Shown: positions 28,230 to 38,111 of the stretch, one piece after another
How positions within the stretch are numbered: the stretch's first letter is position 1
Layout: each line of letters opens with the position of its first letter
Origin: an uncultured Lachnospiraceae bacterium
GTDB taxonomy: Bacteria > Bacillota > Clostridia > Lachnospirales > Lachnospiraceae
NCBI GenBank assembly: GCA_902756775.1
Contig: CACVSR010000001.1
Span: 1 to 50,018 of the forward strand
Length of the DNA: 50,018 nt
Direction: 5' to 3'
Position numbers and translations under genes: made by a program
Notes under the pieces: model-generated
What the model was told of the DNA's origin: nothing
Databases searched by the model: none
What the model saw: the letters and a program-made list of their open reading frames with translations, nothing else

Positions 28230-29246
28230 ATGCGTTTGGAAAATTCCTACGGGATTGATCTCGGAACCGGTATGGTAAAGATCTATGACCAGAAAGCAGA
28301 TCATATCACACAGGAAAGCACCATGATTGCTCTTCGGAATGGAAATCAGGTTTTTGCTGTCGGCAATGACGCGTACTCTATGTTTGAGAAGGCACCGGCC
28401 GATGTCCGGATCATCCGTCCGGTCAGCAACGGCCGGATCAATGACATTCTGATGACGGAGGCGGTTCTGCACACTCTTCTGCGGCGGAACACTACCTACA
28501 CAGGTTCCCGTCCGACCCTTTATTTCTCTGTTCCCATGGATTTGACAGAAATTGAAAAAAGAGCCTATGCCTCAATCGCCCAGAAGGGCCGGCTGCGCCG
28601 CTCACGTGTTTTTCTGGTGGAAAAGCCCATAGCGGATGCTATTGCTGTCGGCGTCCCTCTCCATCACACGAAGGGAACCATGATTATCAACCTGGGTGCG
28701 CAGAGCACGGAGCTTTCTGTGCTGGCGGATGAAAGGGTCATCATCAACCGGCTGGTTCCTATCGGCGGCATGCAGTTTGACCAGGCCGTCCGCGAGGGCG
28801 TTCTTCATAAAAACAATTTTATGATCAGCAGCAGAACGGCACAGAGGCTGAAGTTCGTGCTTACGGATTTCCGCCAGGAGCCGAGCGAGGGCAGAAAGGT
28901 TTACGGACTGGACCGGAGCAGCGGTCTTCCGCGGGACGGCATTGTTTCCGCCCACACAGTGACGCGGATGGTTCGTCACGAATGCCTTCTGCTGGCGGAT
29001 GAAATCCGGAAGTTTATTGACCGCATCCCTCCCCAGGTGCAGGAAAGCATCCGGAGGGACGGCATTATCCTGACCGGCGGAAGCGCCAGAATACCAGGCA
29101 TTGACCAGTATTTCCGCAGCCAGCTGGAGTATCCGGTTAGGATTTCCCAGTATTACGGGATGAGTACCATCCAGGGCATCCGGATTCTGATCCGCCGCCC
29201 GGAAATGAGGCACTGGGCGATTGACCCTTCCAGAAACACGGTATGA
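28230..29246 (+). CDS. mreB: Rod shape-determining protein MreB (divergent)
   Basis: YGIDLGT, EKAP, VP..LTEIEKRA, IGGMQFD and GIILTGG motifs; upstream of mreCD. Confidence 0.85.
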   Translation: MRLENSYGIDLGTGMVKIYDQKADHITQESTMIALRNGNQVFAVGNDAYSMFEKAPADVRIIRPVSNGRINDILMTEAVLHTLLRRNTTYTGSRPTLYFSVPMDLTEIEKRAYASIAQKGRLRRSRVFLVEKPIADAIAVGVPLHHTKGTMIINLGAQSTELSVLADERVIINRLVPIGGMQFDQAVREGVLHKNNFMISSRTAQRLKFVLTDFRQEPSEGRKVYGLDRSSGLPRDGIVSAHTVTRMVRHECLLLADEIRKFIDRIPPQVQESIRRDGIILTGGSARIPGIDQYFRSQLEYPVRISQYYGMSTIQGIRILIRRPEMRHWAIDPSRNTV

Positions 29247-29277
29247 GAAAATCCGGAACGACCGGTACGAGGGTTCT

Positions 29278-30240
29278 ATGAATAAAAAGAATCATCTGAT
29301 GAAAAATAAACATATTCTTGCTGTTCTGATTATTGCCTGCATCTGTCTGATTGCGGCTACCGCCTCCAGCCTGCTCCCTGTGGCGCCGGTCCGGAGTGTC
29401 TTTCAGACGATTGTCAGTCCGCTGCAGAACGGAATCAGCAGAGCCGGGAGCTTTCTGGCCGGCCAGCAGTCTGCCCGCAAAAGCACCGAGGAGCTGACAC
29501 AGGAAAATCAACAGCTGCAGAGCAGAGTTGCCCAGCTGGAGGAGCAGAATACGCTTCTGACAGAGGACACCCAGGAATTGGAAAAGCTGCAGACTCTCTA
29601 TAAGCTGGACAAAAGCTACGCGGATTATGACAAGGTCGCCGCACAGGTCATTGCCAGCGAATCCGGAAGCTGGTTCTCTTCCTTTACGATCAACCGCGGA
29701 AGCAGCGACGGCATAGAGACGGGGATGAATGTCCTTGCGGACGGAGGGCTTGTCGGGATTGTCACGGAAACCGGCAGACACTGGGCGACCGTGCGCAGCA
29801 TCATCGACGACTCGAATAATGTCAGCGCGACAATTTTAAGTACACAGGACAACTGCATTGTCTCCGGGAGCCTGGATCTGATCCGGCAGAATAAAATGGA
29901 GCTGTCCGAGCTGGTGACAGACAACGACGTGGTTGCCGGTTCCAAGGTGGTTACTTCATACATCAGCGACAAGTATCTTCCGGGAATCCTGATCGGCTAT
30001 GTCGATACGATTAAGGAGGATGCCAACCATCTGCAGAAAACCGGTACGGTTATCCCGGCTGTGGACTTCCGGCATATCACAGATGTCCTGGTCATTCAGA
30101 CCACTAAGAGGACGGCAGATAACGAAAGTGCAGACGGAGAAAAGGCCGGCGGAAATGCCGCAGAGTCTGTTCGCAGCACATCCGGCGCGGCAGCGGACTC
30201 CCGGATTTCCGCACAGGCCGGTACGGAGGGAACTCCATGA
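29278..30240 (+). CDS. mreC: Rod shape-determining protein MreC
   Basis: N-terminal TM helix, coiled coil, INRGSSDGI..GMNV...GLVG, VVTS...YLPGILIG and PAVDF motifs. Confidence 0.92.
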   Translation: MNKKNHLMKNKHILAVLIIACICLIAATASSLLPVAPVRSVFQTIVSPLQNGISRAGSFLAGQQSARKSTEELTQENQQLQSRVAQLEEQNTLLTEDTQELEKLQTLYKLDKSYADYDKVAAQVIASESGSWFSSFTINRGSSDGIETGMNVLADGGLVGIVTETGRHWATVRSIIDDSNNVSATILSTQDNCIVSGSLDLIRQNKMELSELVTDNDVVAGSKVVTSYISDKYLPGILIGYVDTIKEDANHLQKTGTVIPAVDFRHITDVLVIQTTKRTADNESADGEKAGGNAAESVRSTSGAAADSRISAQAGTEGTP

Positions 30241-30761
30241 GAAAGATACTTACCTTTAGTCTGTTCATCCTGTGCACGTTCCTTCTGCAGAGCACCTGGC
30301 CGGTGGTCATCCGGATCGGCTATGTGCCGGACATGCTGCTGATTCTTGTGGTGTCCATGGCCTTTATGAGAGGCCGGAGATCCGGCATGCTGTTCGGCAT
30401 GATCTGCGGCATTCTGGCAGATCTCTGCTATATGCCTTTTCTGGGATTTTCGGCGCTTCTGTTTACCCTGACAGGTTATCTGGCAGGCGGAACCTTTGAT
30501 GTTTTTTTTAGTGAAAATGTAAAGCTTCCCATGGTTATGGCGGCCGCCGGAGAGTTTGTGTACCGTCTGACATACTATCTGGTATTTTCTCTGAAGCATG
30601 GCCGTCAGAGCTTTTTCCCCAGCCTGATCGGAACCATGCTTCCGCAGGCAGTGCTGACCATGCTTCTGACTATTCCGCTTTATGGTGTTTTTTATTTCTT
30701 CAACAGGAAAATTGCGGTTCATGAACTGGAGGAACAACAGTCACCTTGGTTAAGAAAGTAA
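30237..30761 (+). CDS. mreD: Rod shape-determining protein MreD
   Basis: Hydrophobic; PDMLLILVV and G...GILAD motifs; position after mreC. Confidence 0.88.
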   Translation: MRKILTFSLFILCTFLLQSTWPVVIRIGYVPDMLLILVVSMAFMRGRRSGMLFGMICGILADLCYMPFLGFSALLFTLTGYLAGGTFDVFFSENVKLPMVMAAAGEFVYRLTYYLVFSLKHGRQSFFPSLIGTMLPQAVLTMLLTIPLYGVFYFFNRKIAVHELEEQQSPWLRK

Positions 30762-33673
30762 TTCACGCATTACAGAAGTTTTTTTCCAGACGTTCCCTGA
30801 TCCTTCTGCTGATTTCCTTCAGCATGTCGGCGGCTCTTGTGGCGCGTCTGTTTGACCTGCAGGTCATAAGCGGGGCAGATTACGCAGATAATTATACGGT
30901 AAAGACGACAAAGACCAGGACTTTGAAAAGCAGCCGCGGAAATATCTATGACTGCAACGGAAAGCTTCTTGCCTACAATAAGCTGGCAAACTGCGTGACT
31001 ATAGAAGACAATGAGTCTTATAATACCATGCGGGAGAAAAATCTCTCCCTGAACGGAGAAATCTACCGGCTCACAAAAATGATCCGGGACAACGGGGACA
31101 CACTGACGCAGGATTTTCATATCACCCTGAATGCCGACGGAAACTATGCGTTTGATACCAAAAATGACACAACACTGAACCGTTTCCGCGCGGATATTTA
31201 CGGGTATAAGACGGTGGATGAGCTCTCTGCGAAGGAAAGAGACGCGGACGCGGATAAAATCATGTCCGATCTCTGCAGCGAGGACTATTACGGCCTTGTC
31301 TACGACCCGCCTTTTACCGTGCAGGAACTGCAGGACAGCGGCCTTCCATCAGAGCTGACGAAGCAGGAGATGCTGGATATCTGCATCGTCCGCTACCAGC
31401 TTAGTCTGATCAGTTTTCAGCGCTACATGCAGGTGACGGTCGCTAAGGATGTTTCAGATAAAACGGTGGCCAATGTAAAGGAAAACAGCGACACCCTGCC
31501 GGGTGTTGATATTGCGGAAGATTACATCCGCGTTTATACGACGGATGCATCTATGGGACCGGTTCTCGGCTACACGGGGGCACCCTCCCAGGAGGAGCTG
31601 GATGAGCTTTCCAAGACCAGTGACCAGTATTCCAGCACCTCTGTAATCGGTAAGGCCGGAATTGAAAAATCCATGGAAAGTGTTCTGCAGGGAACCAACG
31701 GAAGCGAAGAGGTTGTCGTGGACAACCTGGGTCGTGTACTGTCCGAGAATACCGATTCCAAGGTGGATCCTGTCCAGGGGAAGGATGTGTATCTGACCAT
31801 TGACTCCGACCTGCAGTCCGCTATCTATAAAATTCTGGAGCAGCGGATTGCCGGAATTCTGGCGCTGACAATCGTGAACGAAAAAAGCGTGGATCTCACA
31901 GACTGGGATCAGACGCAGTTTATTCCGATTCCCATTTATAACGTCTATTTTGCGCTCCTGGATAATAACGTCATCGACGTTACCAGGTTCAGCAAGGCGG
32001 ATGCCACCGAAACGGAAAAGGACGCCTACAGCAAAATGCAGGACAAGGGCAGCCAGGTCATCAGCTGGATGCTTTCGGAGCTTTCCTCGGACAGCCCGAA
32101 AAACCAGAGCTCTCTCTCCGATGAGCAGCAGAAGTACATGAGCTATCTGTACGGCACTTTTCTGACTTCCGAAGAGGGGGTTGTCAACACTTCTCTGATT
32201 GACTCGGCAAATGATGTCTACCAGGCATACACCACAGACGGTTCGGTCAGCCTGAAGGCTCTTCTGACCGAGGCGGTGAACAACAACTGGATTGATCTCA
32301 GCAAGCTGGATAATGTCTCGGATGAATATCTTACCTCGGATGAAATTTACCAGGCCGTTTTGAATTACATCCGGGATCATCTGCTTTCGGACACAGGGTT
32401 CCAGAAGCTGCTTTACAAATATCTTCTGCAGGAGGATACGCTGAGCCCGGATGCAATCGTAAAGATGCTTTATGAGCAGGGCGTGCTCTCCGCGGACAAT
32501 GATCAGGATTACGCTTCGTTCCAGGCAGGAAATCTGTCCGCCAGTGATTTTATGATTGCCAAGATCAGGGAACTGGAAATCACTCCGGCACAGCTGGCAC
32601 TGGACACCTGCTCCGGCTCCATGGTCGTCACAGATCCGGACACCGGGGCGGTAAAAGCCTGTGTGACCTATCCCGGTTACGATAACAACCGGCTTTCCAA
32701 TAACATGGACACGGACTATTACTATCAGCTGACCGTGGATAAATCCTCGCCCTTCTACAACAAGGCGACCCAGCAGCTGACTGCTCCAGGTTCCACCTAC
32801 AAGCCCGTGGTTGCGGCGGCAGGACTGGAGGAAGGAGTCATTGACTCCTCCACCCTTGTCAACTGTACCGGTGTTTTCGGTGAGGGCTTTCTGGACGAGG
32901 GAGATTATGTCCACTGCTGGTACACATCCGGACATGGAAATCTGAACCTTGTAGACGCCATGGGACAGTCCTGCAACGTATATTTCTGCCAGGTGGGCTA
33001 CTGGCTGGGGCAGAAGAATGACAAGAACGAATACCGGCAGAGCGAGGAGCTTTCCTATCTGCATCAGTATTCTTCTTACTTCGGTCTGGATAAGACGACA
33101 GGAATCCAGCTCTCCGAATCAGATCCGAATGTATCCGATGACCTTGCCATTCCCTCTGCCATCGGACAGGGCACGCACCAGTACACGACGACACAGCTGG
33201 CACGTTACGCGTCCACGATAGCCAACCAGGGAACTGCCTATAACCTGAATCTGGTACAGAAAATCGCAGATTCCGGTTCGGGAGACGAGACCGCAAGTGA
33301 TCCGACCGTGGAAAACACCTGCAATTTCTCTTCAAACACCTGGAATCTGATTGATCAGGGCATGATGAGCGCCACAACCTCCGACACGGTCTGGAGAGGA
33401 TTCGCCGGAACGGTTTACACCAAGACCGGAACCGCAGAGGAGTCCATGGTAAAAGCAAACCACGCACTGGCAATCGGATTTACGGACAGTAACGATTCGG
33501 AACACCCGGACGTAGCCTACGCGGTCCGGATTCCCTACGGGTATACATCCAGAAATGCCTCCCTGATAGCGAGGGATGTGCTGAACTATTACTTCGGATA
33601 TGAAGATGCAGAGGATATTCTGACCGGAACGGCAGATACCTCGGATATGTACACGACAATTTCCCAGGATTAA
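30746..33673 (+). CDS. mrdA: Class B penicillin-binding protein 2 (elongasome transpeptidase)
   Basis: TM anchor, RGNIYD.NG, GKAGIEK, PGSTYK (SxxK), SCN (SxN) and KTGTAE motifs. Large insertion precedes the transpeptidase domain. Confidence 0.9.
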   Translation: MVKKVIHALQKFFSRRSLILLLISFSMSAALVARLFDLQVISGADYADNYTVKTTKTRTLKSSRGNIYDCNGKLLAYNKLANCVTIEDNESYNTMREKNLSLNGEIYRLTKMIRDNGDTLTQDFHITLNADGNYAFDTKNDTTLNRFRADIYGYKTVDELSAKERDADADKIMSDLCSEDYYGLVYDPPFTVQELQDSGLPSELTKQEMLDICIVRYQLSLISFQRYMQVTVAKDVSDKTVANVKENSDTLPGVDIAEDYIRVYTTDASMGPVLGYTGAPSQEELDELSKTSDQYSSTSVIGKAGIEKSMESVLQGTNGSEEVVVDNLGRVLSENTDSKVDPVQGKDVYLTIDSDLQSAIYKILEQRIAGILALTIVNEKSVDLTDWDQTQFIPIPIYNVYFALLDNNVIDVTRFSKADATETEKDAYSKMQDKGSQVISWMLSELSSDSPKNQSSLSDEQQKYMSYLYGTFLTSEEGVVNTSLIDSANDVYQAYTTDGSVSLKALLTEAVNNNWIDLSKLDNVSDEYLTSDEIYQAVLNYIRDHLLSDTGFQKLLYKYLLQEDTLSPDAIVKMLYEQGVLSADNDQDYASFQAGNLSASDFMIAKIRELEITPAQLALDTCSGSMVVTDPDTGAVKACVTYPGYDNNRLSNNMDTDYYYQLTVDKSSPFYNKATQQLTAPGSTYKPVVAAAGLEEGVIDSSTLVNCTGVFGEGFLDEGDYVHCWYTSGHGNLNLVDAMGQSCNVYFCQVGYWLGQKNDKNEYRQSEELSYLHQYSSYFGLDKTTGIQLSESDPNVSDDLAIPSAIGQGTHQYTTTQLARYASTIANQGTAYNLNLVQKIADSGSGDETASDPTVENTCNFSSNTWNLIDQGMMSATTSDTVWRGFAGTVYTKTGTAEESMVKANHALAIGFTDSNDSEHPDVAYAVRIPYGYTSRNASLIARDVLNYYFGYEDAEDILTGTADTSDMYTTISQD

Positions 33674-33711
33674 GAGGAGCCTGTAAAAGCTGCAAAAGGA
33701 GTGAGAGCGCT

Positions 33712-34884
33712 ATGCTTCATCAGTATCAGCTGAAAAACTATAATTTTATCCTTTGCGCCGCCCTGATCGTGCTGAGCGTGATCGGGATTCTGCTGGTAGG
33801 GTCTGCGGACTCCTCCCTGCAGGGAAGGCAGATGGCCGGCGTTGTTTTCGGTGTCATCCTGATGGTTGTGGTCTCCATGATCGACTACAACTGGATTCTT
33901 CACTTTTTCTGGGCTCTGTACGGTCTTACGCTGGCTCTTCTTCTGCTGGTTCTGTTGATTGGAATTGCCAGCCACGGAGCGGCCCGCTGGATTGAGATCG
34001 GCAGCGTTACCCTGCAGCCCACGGAACTTTGTAAAATTCTCCTGATCCTGTTCTTCGCCGATTTCTTTATGAAGAAAGAGGAGAAGCTCAGTACCTGGAG
34101 GACTATTGGCACTGCGGTTCTGCTTGTCGGAGTTCCTCTGGTCATGATTTACCTTCAGCCGGATCTGAAGAATACCATTACCATTTCTTTTATTTTTATT
34201 GCCATGTACTTTTCCGCAGGTCTGTCCTACCGGAAGATCCTGACCATTCTGGCGGTTATAGTTCCCCTTGCCCTGGGGCTTTTTCTTCTGATTACAAAGA
34301 CAGATATCCCGATTGTCGATGATTATCAGAAGGGCAGGATCATGACCTTTCTGGAGCCGGAAAATGACCAGTATTCCGAGACTGCGATGCAGCAGGAAAA
34401 TTCCGTTATGGCTATCGGCTCCGGACAGATTACCGGAAAGGGACTGAATAATAACGATGTTTCGTCTGTAAACAAGGGAAATTTTGTGGCGGAGTCCCAG
34501 AACGATTTCATTTTTGCAGTCGCGGGAGAGGAGCTTGGGTTTGTCGGCTGCGTATTTATTATCCTTCTGCTGATGCTTATTGTTATTCTATGCTTCCGGA
34601 CGGGGATTCGGGCAAGAAATCTGGGAGGAAAGCTGTTCTGCGACGGAATGGGAGCTTTGATCGCGCTGCAGAGCTTTATCAATATTGGAGTTGCCTGCGG
34701 TATTCTTCCGAATACCGGAACCACGCTGCCTTTTGTCAGCTATGGTCTGACATCCCTGATCAGCCTTTATATCGGAATGGGAGTCGTTTTGAATGTAGGA
34801 CTGCAGAAGAAAAATAAAGAAATCGCCGTCAAGCTTTCTTCCGGAAATTTGTATGAAAGGTCTTTCCATGCCATTAAGTTCTGA
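33712..34884 (+). CDS. rodA: SEDS peptidoglycan polymerase RodA
   Basis: GAARWI, QPTE, QPD, AIGSG..GKG, NDFIF..AGEELG and LPFVSYG motifs. Confidence 0.92.
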   Translation: MLHQYQLKNYNFILCAALIVLSVIGILLVGSADSSLQGRQMAGVVFGVILMVVVSMIDYNWILHFFWALYGLTLALLLLVLLIGIASHGAARWIEIGSVTLQPTELCKILLILFFADFFMKKEEKLSTWRTIGTAVLLVGVPLVMIYLQPDLKNTITISFIFIAMYFSAGLSYRKILTILAVIVPLALGLFLLITKTDIPIVDDYQKGRIMTFLEPENDQYSETAMQQENSVMAIGSGQITGKGLNNNDVSSVNKGNFVAESQNDFIFAVAGEELGFVGCVFIILLLMLIVILCFRTGIRARNLGGKLFCDGMGALIALQSFINIGVACGILPNTGTTLPFVSYGLTSLISLYIGMGVVLNVGLQKKNKEIAVKLSSGNLYERSFHAIKF

Positions 34885-35953
34885 TAAAACGAAAAGAGCG
34901 GCGGACGAGATGTCTGCATCCGTGCGCCGGATAAACAGAAGACGAAGAAAACGCCGCAGGCGCATCCGAAACATCCTGATCGGTGTTCTTGCGGCCGTGC
35001 TGCTTGCTGCAGGTGTTTTTTCCACCGTCCGGCAAAAGAGCGCAAACGCCGCCTCTCTGCCGTCAGCCTACGATCTGGCCCGCGAAAACGGCGCGGAGGA
35101 TCTGAATTCCTTTGCCCTGATGAAGGCGGAACCTTTTGCCTCGGATCTGGTGGTTACCGATGCCAATGTCAACACAGACCGGCTGAAACTGGCGCATGAC
35201 GACGAGCAGGCTCTCCTTTTTGACCTGGATAAGCAGGAAGCCCTGTACGCCAATGAGATTTACCGGGAGATTTACCCCGCCAGCATTACCAAAATCATGA
35301 CTGCGCTTCTGTGTCTGGAGAATGGCGACCTGTCCCAGACCGTCACGATGACAGAGGCGGACTTTGACCTGGAAGAGGACGCGCAGGTCTCTGATCTGAA
35401 AGCGGGGGACACGGTGACGCTGGACCAGCTTTTTCACCTCCTGGTAATCTATTCCGCCAATGACGCCGCCATGGCCATAGCACGGACAATCGGCGGTTCT
35501 GTGGATAAATTTGTGGAGATGATGAATACCAGAGCGCAGGAGCTGGGAATGACGGAGACGCATTTTGCCAATCCGGACGGACTTCAGGACGAAAACCACT
35601 ATACTTCTGTGTATGACGTTTATCTGATGATGAATGCGGTCTATCAGCATTCCGAGTACACCGAGGCATCCCAGATGAACGGTTATCAGACCAAGGTACA
35701 GCACGCCGACGGCACCACCGGCACCATCAGCGAATACGCCACTGATGAATTTATCACCGGAACCTACGGCCTGCCGAACGGCATCCGGATTCTTGCCAGC
35801 AAGACCGGAACCACCAGCGAGGCCGGCAGCTGTCTCGCCCTGGTAGTTCAGAACCAGAACGGCGGCACCTATATGGCGATTCTGATGGGAGCCTGGAACA
35901 CCGAAGATCTCTATACCGAGATGATCAGCCTTTTGTCTCTGATAGACAGTTGA
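34868..35953 (+). CDS. D-alanyl-D-alanine carboxypeptidase (peptidase S11)
   Basis: PASITKIMTA (SxxK), SAND (SxN), THFANPDGL and KTGTT motifs. Arg-rich N-terminus plus TM helix. Start uncertain (34853 or 34868). Confidence 0.9.
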   Translation: MPLSSDKTKRAADEMSASVRRINRRRRKRRRRIRNILIGVLAAVLLAAGVFSTVRQKSANAASLPSAYDLARENGAEDLNSFALMKAEPFASDLVVTDANVNTDRLKLAHDDEQALLFDLDKQEALYANEIYREIYPASITKIMTALLCLENGDLSQTVTMTEADFDLEEDAQVSDLKAGDTVTLDQLFHLLVIYSANDAAMAIARTIGGSVDKFVEMMNTRAQELGMTETHFANPDGLQDENHYTSVYDVYLMMNAVYQHSEYTEASQMNGYQTKVQHADGTTGTISEYATDEFITGTYGLPNGIRILASKTGTTSEAGSCLALVVQNQNGGTYMAILMGAWNTEDLYTEMISLLSLIDS

Positions 35954-35955
35954 TT

Positions 35956-36009
35956 TTGCATAAAAGCATGTTTTTTTACCTTGCGTATTTTATGCAATTA
36001 CACTATAAT
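35956..36009 (+). promoter_or_regulatory. Promoter with overlapping inverted repeat
   Basis: TTGCGT(35981)-17 bp-TATAAT(36004). Inverted repeat TTGCATAAAA (35956-35965) / TTTTATGCAA (35988-35997). Confidence 0.6.
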
Positions 36010-36091
36010 CTTTCTTAACAGAAGAAATTCCCCGGCATACATTCGCGACACGGAAGGATTTCAAATATCATCATCCAGGAGGGAAATTGCT

Positions 36092-36517
36092 ATGGTTCAG
36101 TTAATTGTGGGAAAAAAGGGTAAGGGCAAAACAAAGGCTCTGCTTGATCATGTCAATGCGGCCATAAAAGAAGCGAACGGCAATATCGTTTATATCGATA
36201 AAAGCTCAAAACATATGTTTGAGCTGAACAATAAAATCCGTCTGATAGACGCATCCATCTTCCCGCTGAAAAACAGTGATGAATTTGTCGGATTTCTCTG
36301 CGGGATTCTCTCGCAGGATCATGATCTGGAAGATATGTACCTCGACAGTTTTCTGAAAGTAGCAAAACTGGAAGACAGCCACGATAAAATTGATGACTGC
36401 CTGACACAGCTGGAAGCCATCAGCCAGCAGTTTCATGTGAATTTCATCCTGAGCGTATCCATGGACAAAGAAGAACTTACTCCTCTGGCACAGGAAAAAG
36501 TCCTGATAGCGCTGTAA
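36092..36517 (+). CDS. Small conserved P-loop protein (often mislabelled 'twitching motility protein PilT')
   Basis: 141 aa. MVQLIVGKKGKGKT Walker A-like motif, VYIDKS and YLDSFLK. AGGAGG RBS. Confidence 0.75.
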   Translation: MVQLIVGKKGKGKTKALLDHVNAAIKEANGNIVYIDKSSKHMFELNNKIRLIDASIFPLKNSDEFVGFLCGILSQDHDLEDMYLDSFLKVAKLEDSHDKIDDCLTQLEAISQQFHVNFILSVSMDKEELTPLAQEKVLIAL

Positions 36518-36539
36518 CAGGTCCCGATATAGTTTATGC

Positions 36540-36584
36540 AGGAGGCTGCTGCTTTTTACCATAGAAAGCAGCGGCCTCCTTTTT
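36540..36584 (+). terminator. Intrinsic terminator
   Basis: AGGAGGCTGCTGCTTT...AAAGCAGCGGCCTCCT-TTTT. Confidence 0.8.
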
Positions 36585-36590
36585 CCTGCC

Positions 36591-36619
36591 TTGCACAGTA
36601 ACCGGCAAAATGTTAAAAT
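36591..36619 (+). promoter_or_regulatory. Sigma-A promoter for the hlyD-like-yggS-sepF operon
   Basis: TTGCAC-17 bp-TAAAAT with extended TG. Confidence 0.65.
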
Positions 36620-36690
36620 GCTAGGAAGTGTCAGGGGCGTTTTCTTTGCCCTGATACGGTTTTTTACGGAAGATGGAGAGTTAAGCAGTT

Positions 36691-38100
36691 TTGAAGGAAC
36701 GCCGTAGCTTTAATCTGAATATCGGAACGGTGATTTTCGGTGCACTTGCCGTTTACCTGATCATCACCCTTTTTCTGTATCTGGCTTCCGACCGGATCAC
36801 CCCGTATCTGGTGACGTCCGGGACGCTTTCCAGAAACCAGACCTACACCGCACTGGCTCTCCGAACCGAGCATGTAGTTAATTCCACTGCAGACGGATAT
36901 GTCAGGTATTACGACGCGGAACTGACGAAAGCAAAAAAAGGAGCTGCTGTCTGCAGCATCACGGACACGCAGGAAAGCACAACGTCCGGGACGGTGACAG
37001 AACAGAACACCGACGCGCTGCGTGAGCTTGCCTCCAAATATTCCAGATCCTATACGGGAAATGACTTTCATTCGGTCTACGATTTTAAATATTCGCTGAA
37101 TTCGGCTGCTTCGCAGGATGATCCGCAGACCACTGCCAAAAGCGGAAGCCCCGTATACGCCGATGGGGACGGAATTGTGTGCTATACCTCTGACGGCATG
37201 GAAGGGCTTACCGTGGATCAGATCACCGCGGACAGCTTTGATTCTAAAGCCTATAAGAAAACATCCCTGCGCACGGAGAATGCCGTAAAGACGGGAGACG
37301 GGGTCTACCGCCTTGTTACTGATGAAAACTGGTCTCTGGTGTTTCCTGTGACAGACAGCCAGTATGATACCCTGACGCAGCTGAGCACCGTGAAGGTGCG
37401 GTTTGCCAAGGATGAAAACACGGAGAACGGAGATGTCAATCTGTTTGAAACGGACGGGCAGAAGTACTGCCAGGTTCTGCTTTACCGCGGAATGATCCGC
37501 TACGCCAATGACCGTTATTTGGATATTGAGCTGGTCACTAACACCCGGAGCGGACTGAAGCTTCCGCTGACATCCATTGTACACAAGGACTTCTACCTGA
37601 TTCCGGCTGTCTTTCTGACCTCCGGCGGGGAAAACGGCGAGCAGGGATTTCTGGTGGAAACTACGGACGAAAAGGGAAACAAATCCACAGCATTTGTCGA
37701 AACAGAGCTGTACGAGCTGGCTGACGTATCTATCGGCCCGGACGCCGCTTCGGATTCCTCATCCGGAGGGGAGAGTGTTTCTTCCGGGTCTGCCTCCTCC
37801 TCGTCAGGCGGCACGGTCTCATGTTATTATGTGGATAAGGCGGATTTTAAGAGGGGAGATATTATCATCCAGCCGGATACAAATGCCACCTACACCATAG
37901 GAGAGACAGCCTCCCTGGAAGGGGTGTACTGTGTAAACAAGGGTTACGCGGATTTCCGGAAAGTGCAGATCATGGATCAGAATGACGAATACTGCCTGGT
38001 AGCGGAGGGAACCGATTACGGAATTGCCCAGTACGATTACATTATCAAGGACGCAGAGAATATTAAAGAAAATACGGTAATCATCGGACAGACAGCCTGA
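36691..38100 (+). CDS. Membrane-anchored HlyD/membrane-fusion-like protein
   Basis: N-terminal TM helix; lipoyl-like half-motifs (STADGYVRY, ADGDGIVCY..DG.E); GLKLP.TSI; GVYCVNKGY. TTG start. Confidence 0.65.
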   Translation: MKERRSFNLNIGTVIFGALAVYLIITLFLYLASDRITPYLVTSGTLSRNQTYTALALRTEHVVNSTADGYVRYYDAELTKAKKGAAVCSITDTQESTTSGTVTEQNTDALRELASKYSRSYTGNDFHSVYDFKYSLNSAASQDDPQTTAKSGSPVYADGDGIVCYTSDGMEGLTVDQITADSFDSKAYKKTSLRTENAVKTGDGVYRLVTDENWSLVFPVTDSQYDTLTQLSTVKVRFAKDENTENGDVNLFETDGQKYCQVLLYRGMIRYANDRYLDIELVTNTRSGLKLPLTSIVHKDFYLIPAVFLTSGGENGEQGFLVETTDEKGNKSTAFVETELYELADVSIGPDAASDSSSGGESVSSGSASSSSGGTVSCYYVDKADFKRGDIIIQPDTNATYTIGETASLEGVYCVNKGYADFRKVQIMDQNDEYCLVAEGTDYGIAQYDYIIKDAENIKENTVIIGQTA

Positions 38101-38111
38101 CAGAAAGGACA

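Noticed and set aside
31454-33064. 536-aa antisense ORF in pbp2, and similar ones opposite ilvC, ygiQ, aprA, cysN, pheA and ppk1
   Set aside because: These are shadow ORFs in the antisense frame of well-supported genes, with no RBS or domain signal.
36092-36517. Type IV pilus retraction ATPase PilT
   Set aside because: It is only 141 aa, lacks the Asp/His boxes, and no pilus genes are nearby.
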